Assembly (NCBI GenBank): GCA_050295515.1
Contig: JBNKPU010000078.1
Span: forward strand, 27,867-91,866
DNA from: Bacteroidales bacterium
GTDB taxonomy: Bacteria > Bacteroidota > Bacteroidia > Bacteroidales > UBA10428
Reading direction: 5' to 3'
DNA: 64,000 nucleotides
Positions 1 to 9,711 of this stretch are shown piece after piece. The position numbers were made by a program, and so were the translations under genes. Position 1 is the stretch's first letter. Each line of letters begins with the position of its first letter. The notes below the pieces were generated by a model. The model was not told where the DNA came from. It saw nothing but the letters and a program-made list of their open reading frames with translations, and searched no databases.

Positions 1-104
1 TTAACAAAACCCATTTCTCCTAATCTTCTTCTGAAGGCACCTCTTCCAATAATTTTGGAAATATATGCTTTTTCATTTGTTTTAAGTTCTGATAATCTAA
101 TCAT
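1..104 (-). CDS. feoB: Ferrous iron transporter FeoB, N-terminal FeoA-like domain (partial, runs off the window)
   Basis: Manual translation MIRLSELKTNEKAYISKIIGRGAFRRRLGEMGFV matches the FeoA domain that starts Bacteroidota FeoAB fusions; a stand-alone feoA cannot be excluded. Confidence 0.75.
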   Translation of the reverse strand, partial: MIRLSELKTNEKAYISKIIGRGAFRRRLGEMGFV

Positions 105-361
105 ATCCCTACCAATCAATTAGCAAGATTACAAATCTTGCAACTTACAACCAATACCTAATAGTTGGTATTAATTAAATCTAAACATACTGAAAAAAGC
201 CAAAATATCATAAAATTATGAATCGCTCAAACAGTTGTACAATAAGGTCTCCACAGTCTCGTTAATAATTAATTATAAATTAATTACAATTAGCTACAAA
301 TACTTGATAGTATTTAAAGTTTTGTTTATATTAGATAGATAAGAAATATTATACAAAAACT

Positions 362-1093
362 GTGAGAGAACAAGAAAACATATTCGAGAAATTGGTGGAA
401 TATTTTGGTTTTGAAGAAGAAAGTATAAATATTCTTGAAGAATCCATTGATGCTGATACACAGATTGAGTATTTTGAATTTTCCAGAAATTTAATATCAA
501 AGAAATCAGAAGAAGAAATCATTAAAAACAAAGAACTAATCTTTGATAACAATGAACCTTTAGTCAATAAAAAATCAGCCTTGGTTGAATTAGCTTCTTT
601 AAACAGCATTGAGGCCTATAGGGTTATTGAGAAATACATCCAAAAGCCAAACATTAAACTCCATGATTGGGCATGTTTGGCATTGCAGGAGAGCCGAATG
701 CATCTTGAATCGAATTTATTGGATGAAAGCAAAGTGCTTATTACTACTGGATTAGGTGGCAAAGGCTTAAACCTAAGGTATTTTAGTGTCCTTTTCACTC
801 CTAACGGAGAGCCTATGAGTAAGTTGCAAAAAAACATCATTACTAAAGAACTTCTTTACCAATTGCAAAAAAAAGATGCAATCCTGGAGGATCTTGTGTT
901 TGATGATTGTTTTGCATCTATTCTTGTTATGGTCCCCTTAAAGGTAAACCTGAACAATCTCTTTCAATCAATTATTCAGGAATGTAACCAGATTGGAAAA
1001 TTTTTGTATGAAGATTTTATTATAACTAACGTTAAAGCGTTATCTACAGAAGAAATCAGAGAACTTTTACGTGCAAACAGTATCCTACTTTAA
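362..1093 (+). CDS. Conserved hypothetical protein
   Basis: 243-aa ORF with GTG start and protein-like composition; no function recognised. Confidence 0.7.
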   Translation: MREQENIFEKLVEYFGFEEESINILEESIDADTQIEYFEFSRNLISKKSEEEIIKNKELIFDNNEPLVNKKSALVELASLNSIEAYRVIEKYIQKPNIKLHDWACLALQESRMHLESNLLDESKVLITTGLGGKGLNLRYFSVLFTPNGEPMSKLQKNIITKELLYQLQKKDAILEDLVFDDCFASILVMVPLKVNLNNLFQSIIQECNQIGKFLYEDFIITNVKALSTEEIRELLRANSILL

Positions 1094-1206
1094 ATTCTCC
1101 CTTCTAAAATCCCCCTCCCTATTTTTTTATTTGATTCATAATTGGTTTATTTGCAGCCATAACGAATAGCTTTTAATGGCCAATAAAAAATAAACATATA
1201 AAACTC

Positions 1207-1512
1207 ATGAATAATATTGTAAATATATCCCTCCAGATATTACCTTCATCTGAATCAAAACACCCATATACTATTGTAGATGAAGCTATAGAAACAATAC
1301 AAAACTCCGGTCTGAAATATAAGGTTTGCCCTTTTGAAACAGTAATGGAAGGAGATTATGACAAAATAATGCAGACTATTAAGCAAGTTTTGGATGGTGC
1401 TTTGGAAAATGGCGCAACAGGAATTTTCTCAAACATTAAAATCCAGATCAAAAAGGATGAGGATGTAAGAATAAATGACAAGATAGGTAAATACGAAAAA
1501 AAAGGGGATTAA
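1207..1512 (+). CDS. Thiamine-binding protein (MTH1187/YkoF family)
   Basis: 101 aa, motif VDEAIETIQNSGLKYKVCPFETVMEG. Confidence 0.85.
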   Translation: MNNIVNISLQILPSSESKHPYTIVDEAIETIQNSGLKYKVCPFETVMEGDYDKIMQTIKQVLDGALENGATGIFSNIKIQIKKDEDVRINDKIGKYEKKGD

Positions 1513-1539
1513 AAAATCCCCATAAGTTTTTTTTAGAAC

Positions 1540-1938
1540 TTAATCCTTTTGTCCTTCTTCTGCTGTCACTCCTACCTCAAGATCATCAAATTCAACATCG
1601 GTGTAGTTCTTTGTTTCTTCAACTGGATGTTCAGTTTCTGTTAGGTCAACCAGCATTTCAGGTTGATTCGCCTTAATAAACTCAACTGCTTCATCAAGTC
1701 CTTCAACAAATTTTGTGAAGTCTTCTTTGTATAGAAAGACCTTATGCTTTTCATAAAAAAAACGACCATCTTTATTAAACCTTTTCTTTGACTCGGTAAT
1801 AGTTAAATAATAATCATTTTTCCGAGTAGCCTTCACATCAAAGAAATAAGTTCTTTTACCTGCTCTGATCGCTTTTGAGAAGATTTCTTCCCTTTCAACA
1901 TTTTCTGTTCCTTCTATGATTTCATTTTCATCCGCCAT
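1540..1938 (-). CDS. PUR-family DNA/RNA-binding protein (DUF3276)
   Basis: IFSKAIRAGKRTYFFDVKATRKNDYYLTITESKK and HKVFLYKEDF signatures. Confidence 0.9.
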   Translation of the reverse strand: MADENEIIEGTENVEREEIFSKAIRAGKRTYFFDVKATRKNDYYLTITESKKRFNKDGRFFYEKHKVFLYKEDFTKFVEGLDEAVEFIKANQPEMLVDLTETEHPVEETKNYTDVEFDDLEVGVTAEEGQKD

Positions 1939-2207
1939 TTCTCTATAGTTTTTCCGGTTGTATCTTTCTCAAAAATAAAAATTTTTTTTAAATGCGGTAG
2001 TTTTTAACCGATTATTCAATCCAGGCAAAAACATCAAACTGTCAATATTCAAATTTTAAACAATACAGCAAGGCATACTATAAGCGGCATATAAGATAAA
2101 TTTAACTTGCATAAAAAATATTTAAAAAAAATATAAATATTTTGGCATGCCAATCTAAAAAAAACCATTTTCTTTGCATTTCAATATAAAATTTAGGTTC
2201 TTTTAAA

Positions 2208-3161
2208 ATGATTAGCAGGAGGATTCTTAGAATTAAGGTAATGCAGGCCTTATATGCCTATAGCAAACAAGCTGGTGAATCGACAATTAACAAGACAGAA
2301 AAAGACTTATTCTTCAGCATTAATAAAACTTATGACCTCTACCACCACCTTTTGAACCTAATAATCAGTCTAAACGATTATGCTCAAAAGAGGATTGAAG
2401 TTGCTTTAAACAAGAAGCTCCCAACTGAAGAAGATCTTAATCCGAACAAAAGGTTTACTGATAACAGGCTTATCAACCAGTTAAGAATTAACAATCAATT
2501 ATTAAATTATATCGAATCAAGTAAGTTGAGCTGGGTTAACAATCCAGAACTTATTAAAGGCATATACAATAAAATAGCAGCCTCGAAAATCTTTGAAGAC
2601 TACAAAAACTCAAGTGAAAACTCTTATCAGTCTGACAAATCTTTTATAGTAAAAGTTTATAGGAATATTATATCGGTGTATGAGCCACTCTATGCTTCGC
2701 TTGAGGAACAGAGCATATTTTGGAACGATGAAATTGAATTTATTATTGGTGCAATTATCAAAACGATTAAGAAATTCAATGAGGAAGACTATGAGAATGC
2801 TCCATTGATGCAATTGTACAAAAACGAAGACGACATTGAGTTCACAAAAAACCTATTTCGGAAGAGTATTTTAAAACAGGCTGAATACAAAGAGCTTATT
2901 AAGAAATTTTCGAAAAACTGGGATTTTGACCGTATTGCCTATATGGATATCCTTTTATTGGAAATGGCTATCTGCGAAGCTACAGAATTTCCAAACATTC
3001 CTATAAAAGTTACAATTAATGAATACATTGAACTATCTAAGTATTATAGCACAAAGAAAAGTAACGTATTTATTAATGGAATCCTAGATAAAATCATTGC
3101 AGATCTAAAGAAAAACAACAAAATAGCAAAGCAAGGTAGGGGATTAATAGGTGAAGTCTAA
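2208..3161 (+). CDS. nusB: Transcription antitermination factor NusB (long Bacteroidota form)
   Basis: MISRRILRIKVMQALYAY N-terminus; NWDFDRIAYMD, INEYIELSKYYST and FINGILD. Confidence 0.95.
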   Translation: MISRRILRIKVMQALYAYSKQAGESTINKTEKDLFFSINKTYDLYHHLLNLIISLNDYAQKRIEVALNKKLPTEEDLNPNKRFTDNRLINQLRINNQLLNYIESSKLSWVNNPELIKGIYNKIAASKIFEDYKNSSENSYQSDKSFIVKVYRNIISVYEPLYASLEEQSIFWNDEIEFIIGAIIKTIKKFNEEDYENAPLMQLYKNEDDIEFTKNLFRKSILKQAEYKELIKKFSKNWDFDRIAYMDILLLEMAICEATEFPNIPIKVTINEYIELSKYYSTKKSNVFINGILDKIIADLKKNNKIAKQGRGLIGEV

Positions 3162-3235
3162 AGTATTTGCTTTACTCTTTAATTTATAATTACTTTGCAC
3201 AGAATCTGAAATATTAATGAATAAATAATAATAAG

Positions 3236-3580
3236 ATGATCAATTATTTAAACTTAGTTATGATGACCGGAGCTTCTGGTGCTGATGGTCAACAAAATCC
3301 TGCACAAATGTTCATAATGCTTGGACTAATCATTGTCGTATTCTATTTCTTTATGATCAGGCCTCAGGTTAAACGTCAAAAAGAAATGAAAAATTTCAGG
3401 GAATCTTTATCGAAAGGAGACAAAATTATTACTACTGGAGGTATTTATGGTAAGATAGTTTCTATTAAAGAAAATATAATATCCATTGATGTTGGAAATG
3501 GCGTTAAACTTGAAGTTGACAAGAGTGCTATTTTAAAGGATGTTGCTGACCTTGCTCAAGAGCAACAGCAAAAAAAATAA
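3236..3580 (+). CDS. yajC: Preprotein translocase subunit YajC
   Basis: FYFFMIRPQ and GDKIITTGGIYGKI motifs. Confidence 0.95.
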   Translation: MINYLNLVMMTGASGADGQQNPAQMFIMLGLIIVVFYFFMIRPQVKRQKEMKNFRESLSKGDKIITTGGIYGKIVSIKENIISIDVGNGVKLEVDKSAILKDVADLAQEQQQKK

Positions 3581-3625
3581 AACTTCATATAGGCTTGAAA
3601 GCCTTTGAGGCATACTTTACCTTGG

Positions 3626-3686
3626 AGAAAGAACAAGACTTGTTTATAAAACAAAAAGCACAAGACTTGTTCTTTCTTTATATTTG
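3626..3686 (+). promoter_or_regulatory. 18-bp inverted repeat containing two ACAAG-A-CTTGT palindromes, followed by a -7 promoter element TATATTTG
   Basis: agaaagaacaagacttgt (3626-3643) and acaagacttgttctttct (3660-3677); TATATTTG at 3679-3686. Confidence 0.5.
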
Positions 3687-3740
3687 TAGGATATATAGCA
3701 CAAACTTTCGAATTTCGAATAATAACTAAAACAAATTGTT

Positions 3741-4817
3741 TTGGGGAAGAATCAAATCAGACAGTTCAGAATTGTTCTATTGCTCCTAAGATTTAGAGGC
3801 TATATCATAGCAAATTATGCCACTATCCGAAAACGCTTTTTTGTTTTTTTTATCTTTTTTATCCTCTCCACAATATTCTGGTTTTATCGTGCTCTAGATG
3901 ACACTTATGCCGACAATATTGTATATCCTCTTAAAATTATTAACCAGCAAAAGAACAAGATTTTAGCAAATGAGCCACCTGATAAAATCACACTCAGGGT
4001 AAGGGGCAACGGATATACACTACTTAGTCATAAAATTAACCCTCCACACCTAGAACTTGATTTAAACGATTTCTCATTAGGAAGCCAGTCAATCGATTCA
4101 TTGACTTTATATCTTATTACACGGAATGCTAAAGAAATATTTACTGCAGAACTAAGCGAGAACAATAACGATCCGCTTGAAATATTAAGTACATCTCCTG
4201 ATACTATATTGTTCAGTTACACCAAAACCAGGTCTAAAAAGGTGCCGGTTAAACCTGTTTTTTTAAATCGGGAAAATCTATTTGCCCGGCAATTTTCATT
4301 AAACGGTCCTATTCAGATCGATCCTGAGTTTATAATTATTGTAGGACCCACAGCCATTATTGACACAATATCTTTTGTTGAAACAGAACACATTAACTTA
4401 ATATCACTTAAAGATTCTGTGACCAAAAAAGTTAAGTTAAATGTAATATCTGGTGTAAGGTTGCTCGATGATAAAGTAAGAGTAATGATTCCAGTTGATA
4501 AATATACAGAAGCCCAAGTCGATGTTCCCATTTCGTCCAGACATGTACCTGACAGTTTGATAATAAAGCTGTTTCCAAGAAGCGTAAAAATTAAGTACAA
4601 AATTACCCTAAGTAAATACGAAGAAGTAGTTCAATCAGATTTCATGCCTTATGTAGATTATCTTGATGCAGTATCATCTGATCCAAACCAAAAGATAAAA
4701 GTCTATATTGACACCATGCCCCTTCCCAGAACAGATGTTGAGATCTATCCCTCTTCTGTAGAATTTTTAATTGAACAGAACCATGAAGAAAATTGGATTA
4801 ACAGGGGGAATAGGTAG
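3741..4817 (+). CDS. YbbR/CdaR-like domain membrane protein (start uncertain)
   Basis: N-terminal TM segment (FFILSTIFWF), YbbR-like beta repeats (SKKVPVK, FPRSVKI); conserved position between yajC and coaE. Confidence 0.8.
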   Translation: MGKNQIRQFRIVLLLLRFRGYIIANYATIRKRFFVFFIFFILSTIFWFYRALDDTYADNIVYPLKIINQQKNKILANEPPDKITLRVRGNGYTLLSHKINPPHLELDLNDFSLGSQSIDSLTLYLITRNAKEIFTAELSENNNDPLEILSTSPDTILFSYTKTRSKKVPVKPVFLNRENLFARQFSLNGPIQIDPEFIIIVGPTAIIDTISFVETEHINLISLKDSVTKKVKLNVISGVRLLDDKVRVMIPVDKYTEAQVDVPISSRHVPDSLIIKLFPRSVKIKYKITLSKYEEVVQSDFMPYVDYLDAVSSDPNQKIKVYIDTMPLPRTDVEIYPSSVEFLIEQNHEENWINRGNR

Positions 4818-5370
4818 CGGTAAAAGTTTTATTGCTCAGATTTTTACTCATCTTGGTGTTCCAGTTTACAACTCCGACGAACGGGCAAAATACTTAATGA
4901 ACAACTCAAAGTCCCTATTTAAGGAAATCTCCTCTCTTATTGGACCAGAAGCTTATAAAGAAGGTGAAATTGACAGAAAACATATTGCATCAATAGTATT
5001 CTCTGATCCTTACAAATTAAAAAGACTCAACCAAATTGTCCATCCAGCAGTAGCCATCGATTTTAAAGAGTGGACTCAAAAACAGATACAGGTCAAAGCA
5101 CCTTTTGTAATTAAAGAAGCGGCTATCTTATTTGAAAGTGGAGCCTATAAAAGCATGGACAGCTCCATTTTAGTAACAGCACCCGAGAAAATACGGATTA
5201 AAAGAGTAGTTGAACGTGATCATTTAAGTGAACTAGAGGTTCGAAACAGGATAAAAAATCAGCTATCAACCGAAAAAGTTATGTCTTTAGCCGATTATAT
5301 TATCGATAATGACGGTAAAAAATTAATTTTACCTCAAATAATAAAAATCTTTCAAAAAACAATTATGTGA
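4783..5370 (+). CDS. coaE: Dephospho-CoA kinase
   Basis: [13 protein letters not shown]-loop, IVHPAV, EAAILFE; ATG at 4783 preferred. Confidence 0.95.
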   Translation: MKKIGLTGGIGSGKSFIAQIFTHLGVPVYNSDERAKYLMNNSKSLFKEISSLIGPEAYKEGEIDRKHIASIVFSDPYKLKRLNQIVHPAVAIDFKEWTQKQIQVKAPFVIKEAAILFESGAYKSMDSSILVTAPEKIRIKRVVERDHLSELEVRNRIKNQLSTEKVMSLADYIIDNDGKKLILPQIIKIFQKTIM

Positions 5371-6101
5371 TGGCTAAATATGGAAAATGGATAGGAGCTG
5401 GTTTAGGTTGGGTTCTTGCTGGGGGGCCAATTGGTGCATTAATTGGTTTAAGCCTGGGATGGATGTTCGACAATGCAAAAGAAAGTGATGTTGAAAAGGG
5501 GTATAGCAGCGTAAAAACCACTCAAGGCGACTTTGTAATAAGCCTGTTAGTACTAATTGCAGCTGTAATGAAAGCTGACGGCAAGGTTGTTAAATCTGAG
5601 CTCGATTATGTAAAATCTTTTCTAATCCATAGGTTTGGTAAGGATTCTGCTGGCGAAGGCCTAAGAATGCTCAGGGATCTTTTAAAACAGGACATTCCTG
5701 TACATGATGTTTGTAACCAAATCAAGCGGCACCTGGATTACTCATCCCGGCTCGAACTAATCCACCTACTATATGGAGTAGCCAATGCCGATAAAAACAT
5801 AAGTCCATCCGAAATTAAAATTATTGACCAAATAGCCTATTACCTGGGTATATCATCCAGCGAAAAGAGCTCTATAAAAAATATGTTTGTTACAAGTACA
5901 GAAAGTTCTTACAAGATACTCGGTATTGAAACAACAGCTACTGACGATGAGGTCAAAAAAGCATACCGAAAACTTGCTGTTAAATACCACCCAGACAAGG
6001 TTAGCTATTTAGGTGATGACATAAAAAAATCAGCGGAAGATAAATTCCGTAAGATCAACGAAGCCTACGAATCAATCAAAAAAGAAAGAGGAATAAAATA
6101 G
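5370..6101 (+). CDS. djlA: DjlA-like co-chaperone (TM + TerB + J domain)
   Basis: Gly-rich TM, VMKADG TerB motif, C-terminal J domain with intact HPD; ATG overlaps the coaE stop. Confidence 0.88.
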   Translation: MAKYGKWIGAGLGWVLAGGPIGALIGLSLGWMFDNAKESDVEKGYSSVKTTQGDFVISLLVLIAAVMKADGKVVKSELDYVKSFLIHRFGKDSAGEGLRMLRDLLKQDIPVHDVCNQIKRHLDYSSRLELIHLLYGVANADKNISPSEIKIIDQIAYYLGISSSEKSSIKNMFVTSTESSYKILGIETTATDDEVKKAYRKLAVKYHPDKVSYLGDDIKKSAEDKFRKINEAYESIKKERGIK

Positions 6102-6172
6102 CCTTTTAAAAAAAACGTTTGTACTTTAAGGTAGAATTGTATTTTTGCAGCTTGAAATAAAGAAAAACATAT

Positions 6173-6643
6173 ATGAAACTTAAAGATGTTCTTGCAATTT
6201 CCGGAAAACCCGGTCTTTTCATTTTCGTTTCTCAAGGCAGAAACGGAATCATAGTCGAATCTGTTCTGGATAAAAAAAGAATGCCTGTACATTCAACTAC
6301 AAAGGTGAGTGCGTTGGAAGACATTGCAATCTATACAGAAACAGAAGAAGTTCCTTTAAAAGAGGTCTTGTTGAAATTACACGAAAAAGAAGATGGCAAA
6401 GAGGCTATCAGTCATAAAACTGGTAATGAAGAACTTAAAAGATATTTTGAATCAATATTACCCGATTATGATAAAGACAGGGTATATGTTTCGGATATTA
6501 AAAAACTTTTAAGTTGGTATAACCTGCTAATTGAACATAAGCTTTTCGATCCGAACGATCTTAAAGAAGAGGAAGGTACAGAAGAAAATGCTGAGGAGAA
6601 AGCGGAAGAGCCCAAGAGTAACGACGAAAAATCAAACACCTAA
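6173..6643 (+). CDS. DUF5606-family protein
   Basis: LAISGKPGLF and YDKDRVYVSDIKKLLSWYNLL, typical of this Bacteroidota family. Confidence 0.85.
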   Translation: MKLKDVLAISGKPGLFIFVSQGRNGIIVESVLDKKRMPVHSTTKVSALEDIAIYTETEEVPLKEVLLKLHEKEDGKEAISHKTGNEELKRYFESILPDYDKDRVYVSDIKKLLSWYNLLIEHKLFDPNDLKEEEGTEENAEEKAEEPKSNDEKSNT

Positions 6644-6679
6644 AAAAAAGATTTATTATATTGCTTAATATAATTTTCT

Positions 6680-6707
6680 AAGGGAATGCTATGCGTTCCC
6701 TTTTTTT
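6680..6707 (+). terminator. Rho-independent terminator
   Basis: aagggaatgc-tat-gcgttccctt stem followed by a T-run. Confidence 0.75.
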
Positions 6708-6712
6708 GGGCT

Positions 6713-6885
6713 AAAAAAGTGATGCCGGGCGTATGCCCGGCAATCAACCAAAACCCTAGAAACCATGAAGTGAAGCAAACTGTCAGTAAAACTGACAGCT
6801 TTGCATTTTAAATATCTGTATGTCTTTACTCTCAAAATAACCCAGCCAATAAATTCCAATATTTGTTCAAAAGAACTTTTTGACC
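6713..6885 (-). ncRNA. Candidate small RNA, about 170 nt
   Basis: -7-like TAAATTTA (6891-6898), boxA-like GTTCTTTTGAA near the 5' end, hairpin at 6775-6804, GC-rich terminator at 6721-6745 plus T6; no credible ORF. Confidence 0.5.
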
Positions 6886-6968
6886 AGAGGTAAATTTAAA
6901 CATTTTCCATTAAAAACAACTAATAATGAGGTAATTTAAGCTGTATGCTACAAATAATATAGTATTTC

Positions 6969-7340
6969 TTATTTAACCTCCCCCTTAATATAAAGGAGGC
7001 TAAAACCATCCTCAGTATTTGTAATAACTTTTATTTCTTTACTGAAATATCCAGAATCTTTAGCATCAAAAGTCACTAAAATCTCTCCTTCCTTCCCTCC
7101 GGGAATTGGCTCCTTTGGAAAAGTAGGAACTGTACATCCACAAGAAGGCTTAACATCAAGAATTATTAAAGGTATCATTCCTGGATTTTTGAATTTGAAT
7201 GCTATTTTAGCAGGTTTGTTTCTTTCTATGGAACCAAAATTATATTCGGTAAATTCCCATTCAACAACAGCTTTTGGCACATTAAATGAAAACAAAACTA
7301 TTGAACAGAGAAGAAAACTATAAATAGCAATTTTTTTCAT
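6969..7340 (-). CDS. DUF1573 domain protein
   Basis: Signal peptide; FKFKNPG...PLII...SCGCTVP motif. Confidence 0.9.
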   Translation of the reverse strand: MKKIAIYSFLLCSIVLFSFNVPKAVVEWEFTEYNFGSIERNKPAKIAFKFKNPGMIPLIILDVKPSCGCTVPTFPKEPIPGGKEGEILVTFDAKDSGYFSKEIKVITNTEDGFSLLYIKGEVK

Positions 7341-7489
7341 ATCTGTAAATTTTAATAAAAAATAGCGGTTTTTAATTTCACAAAAATCATTCCGTAAAAT
7401 ATTAAAATATCATCCAAAAATCAAAAAATTATTTGAGATAATTGTGATGCCTACTTTTTTCTATTAGTACGAATATCTCATTAAAAAAG

Positions 7490-8014
7490 TTATAAAGAAA
7501 AGAATAGTTGCATCCTTGCCATTGGTATGGTATACAATCTGTTATTAATGGGTGTTTCTAAAGAGGGTTTTTTTGTATATTTTCTAAACTGCCAGTTAAA
7601 TCCAAGGTCGAAATTAACTCCTAACCTATCACTAAAGGCAATTTCCCGTCCAACTCCCATATTTAAATAATGGTAATTAATGTTAGAATAGTCACCTATT
7701 TTATTGTTGATTAAAGTATATCCCATCCTATAGTACCATACCGGTCTGTTAGAATAGTAGTTGTGTTTGCCGAAATGCAGCATATGGTCAATGTTAAAAG
7801 TAGTGATATCTTCATTGTTCACGAATTCAAGGTCGCTGCCAATGTTTACTCCAATCTGTGTGATTTCAGTATATTGATACCTTAAACCTGCATGTAAATA
7901 TTCTCTGGCACTTATGCCAGCAACCAGGTCTAGTTTTGATTTAATGATTTGCCCTTTAACAGGAAGCATAAGTACCGTAATCAGAATAGTTGTAGTAAGT
8001 AGTTTGTATTTCAT
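7490..8014 (-). CDS. Hypothetical exported protein, probable small outer-membrane beta-barrel
   Basis: Signal peptide from ATG 8014; alternating beta-strand pattern; C-terminal QLFFSL. Confidence 0.6.
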   Translation of the reverse strand: MKYKLLTTTILITVLMLPVKGQIIKSKLDLVAGISAREYLHAGLRYQYTEITQIGVNIGSDLEFVNNEDITTFNIDHMLHFGKHNYYSNRPVWYYRMGYTLINNKIGDYSNINYHYLNMGVGREIAFSDRLGVNFDLGFNWQFRKYTKKPSLETPINNRLYTIPMARMQLFFSL

Positions 8015-8024
8015 ATGATTAAAT

Positions 8025-8804
8025 TTAATCAAATTTTTTCGCTTCTTCCCATATTTCATTCATCTCATCTAGGTTCATTTCCTTAAGAGGCAGTCCTTTT
8101 TTAATTGTTCTTTCTTCAAGAAAGTTAAAGCGTTTTATAAATTTAAGGTTTGTGCGTTCAAGTGCTGTTTCAGGATCAACACCGTATAGCCTGGCTGCAT
8201 TAACTACAGAAAACAATAAGTCTCCAAATTCTTTCTCAATTTTCTCCTGATCGTTAGCCTTTATTTCATCTTTTAATTCTACCAGTTCTTCTTGTACTTT
8301 ATCCCAAACCTGTTCTTTTATATCCCAATCAAACCCAACTGCCCTGACTTTTTCCTGAACCCTGTTTGCTTTAATAAGGGCGGGCAAAAATCCCGGAACC
8401 CCGCTCAGTACTGATTTATTACCTTCTTTTTGCTTCAACTCTTCCCAATTCTCTTTAACAACCTCCGAATCATCATTCACATTTACATCTCCAAAAACGT
8501 GCGGATGCCTGAAAATCAATTTTTCGCAGAGTGCATCTATAACATCTTTTATATCAAAATCATTTGTTTCTGATGCTATTTTTGAATAGAATACAATATG
8601 TAAAAGAATATCGCCCAATTCTTTTTTAATTTCACTTTTATCTTCTTTAATTATTGCATCCGCAAGTTCATATACTTCTTCAATTGTAAGGTTTCTGATA
8701 CTTTTAAAAGTTTGTTCTCTGTCCCAGGGGCACTTTTCTCTCAACTCGTCCATTATATCCAATAATCTCTCAAATGCCTTTAATTTATCATTCATACTGT
8801 TCAT
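8025..8804 (-). CDS. mazG: Nucleoside triphosphate pyrophosphohydrolase MazG
   Basis: LREKCPWDREQT, EELGDILL, KLIFRHPHVF, EFGDLLF (tandem MazG domains). Confidence 0.95.
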   Translation of the reverse strand: MNSMNDKLKAFERLLDIMDELREKCPWDREQTFKSIRNLTIEEVYELADAIIKEDKSEIKKELGDILLHIVFYSKIASETNDFDIKDVIDALCEKLIFRHPHVFGDVNVNDDSEVVKENWEELKQKEGNKSVLSGVPGFLPALIKANRVQEKVRAVGFDWDIKEQVWDKVQEELVELKDEIKANDQEKIEKEFGDLLFSVVNAARLYGVDPETALERTNLKFIKRFNFLEERTIKKGLPLKEMNLDEMNEIWEEAKKFD

Positions 8805-8814
8805 TGTACCTGCT

Positions 8815-9618
8815 TTAAAATAATTGATTAGCTTTTTTCTTGTTTGAGAATTTAATACGGATCACAGAATTTGTGCTTAAATTCAATAATTGGGCAATTG
8901 GACCATTGACCATTGCAATTTCCAGGACACCTATTGAATTAAAGAAAGCAACAAGTTCTCCAGAAGCCACATCTGAATATGTATTACTGATGCGGTCAAT
9001 CACATAATGGTTACTCTGAACAAAAATCTCAAATGGGCTCCCCTTTCCTACCCTATCAAAAATATCTTTAGTAATATTCGTTATGGCATTTGAATAAGAA
9101 TCTATATACACTACACTACCATTGATAAGGTTTGAGTCAATGGTGGGCAACAATGGCCTTTGTTGGACATAGTCATCTGATAATACAGCAAAAGATTCTG
9201 GTTTTTCACCGTTGATGAGTTTGAATGCAATCTCCACAAATTGGTTCAGGCTTATAAAGGTGCCACCTTCATTGTCCTTTATTGAATATTTGTACACTTT
9301 CTTTTCTTCATCAGGAAAAAGCAAGGTTGGAAATCCGCAATCTGAACAAAGAAAAAACTGATCGTTTTTTTCAATAATCAATAATGGTTTCTTTGAAGAC
9401 AGAACTGAATTCACTCCTAAGATATGCACTGTGTTTGCAGGAAATTCAGCATAACAGTTCCTGAGAACAAATGCAGCCTGCATTATATTAAAAGGGGCAA
9501 TATGGTGGTTAATATCAACTATTGTTGTAGAGGAGTCATATGTCAATATTTTGCCTTTTACAGCACCGACATAATAATCATTGTTTCGCCAATCTGATGT
9601 AAGTGTGATAACTGCCAT
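8815..9618 (-). CDS. SAM hydroxide adenosyltransferase / chlorinase-fluorinase family protein
   Basis: ITLTSDW N-terminus, YIDSYSNAITNI, FNSIGVLEIA. Confidence 0.88.
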   Translation of the reverse strand: MAVITLTSDWRNNDYYVGAVKGKILTYDSSTTIVDINHHIAPFNIMQAAFVLRNCYAEFPANTVHILGVNSVLSSKKPLLIIEKNDQFFLCSDCGFPTLLFPDEEKKVYKYSIKDNEGGTFISLNQFVEIAFKLINGEKPESFAVLSDDYVQQRPLLPTIDSNLINGSVVYIDSYSNAITNITKDIFDRVGKGSPFEIFVQSNHYVIDRISNTYSDVASGELVAFFNSIGVLEIAMVNGPIAQLLNLSTNSVIRIKFSNKKKANQLF

Positions 9619-9711
9619 GAAACTTTTTCTACAACAATATTATAAATTGAAACTTTTAAAAAAATGACTTACTTTGTAGTGCCCAAAAATAAACATTCTT
9701 GTTTAATATTT

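Noticed and set aside
266-286. Perfect 9-3-9 palindrome taattaatt-ata-aattaatta as a Fur/metal-regulator box for feoB
   Set aside because: Entirely A/T in a very AT-rich spacer and lacks the informative G/C positions; cannot be told from chance
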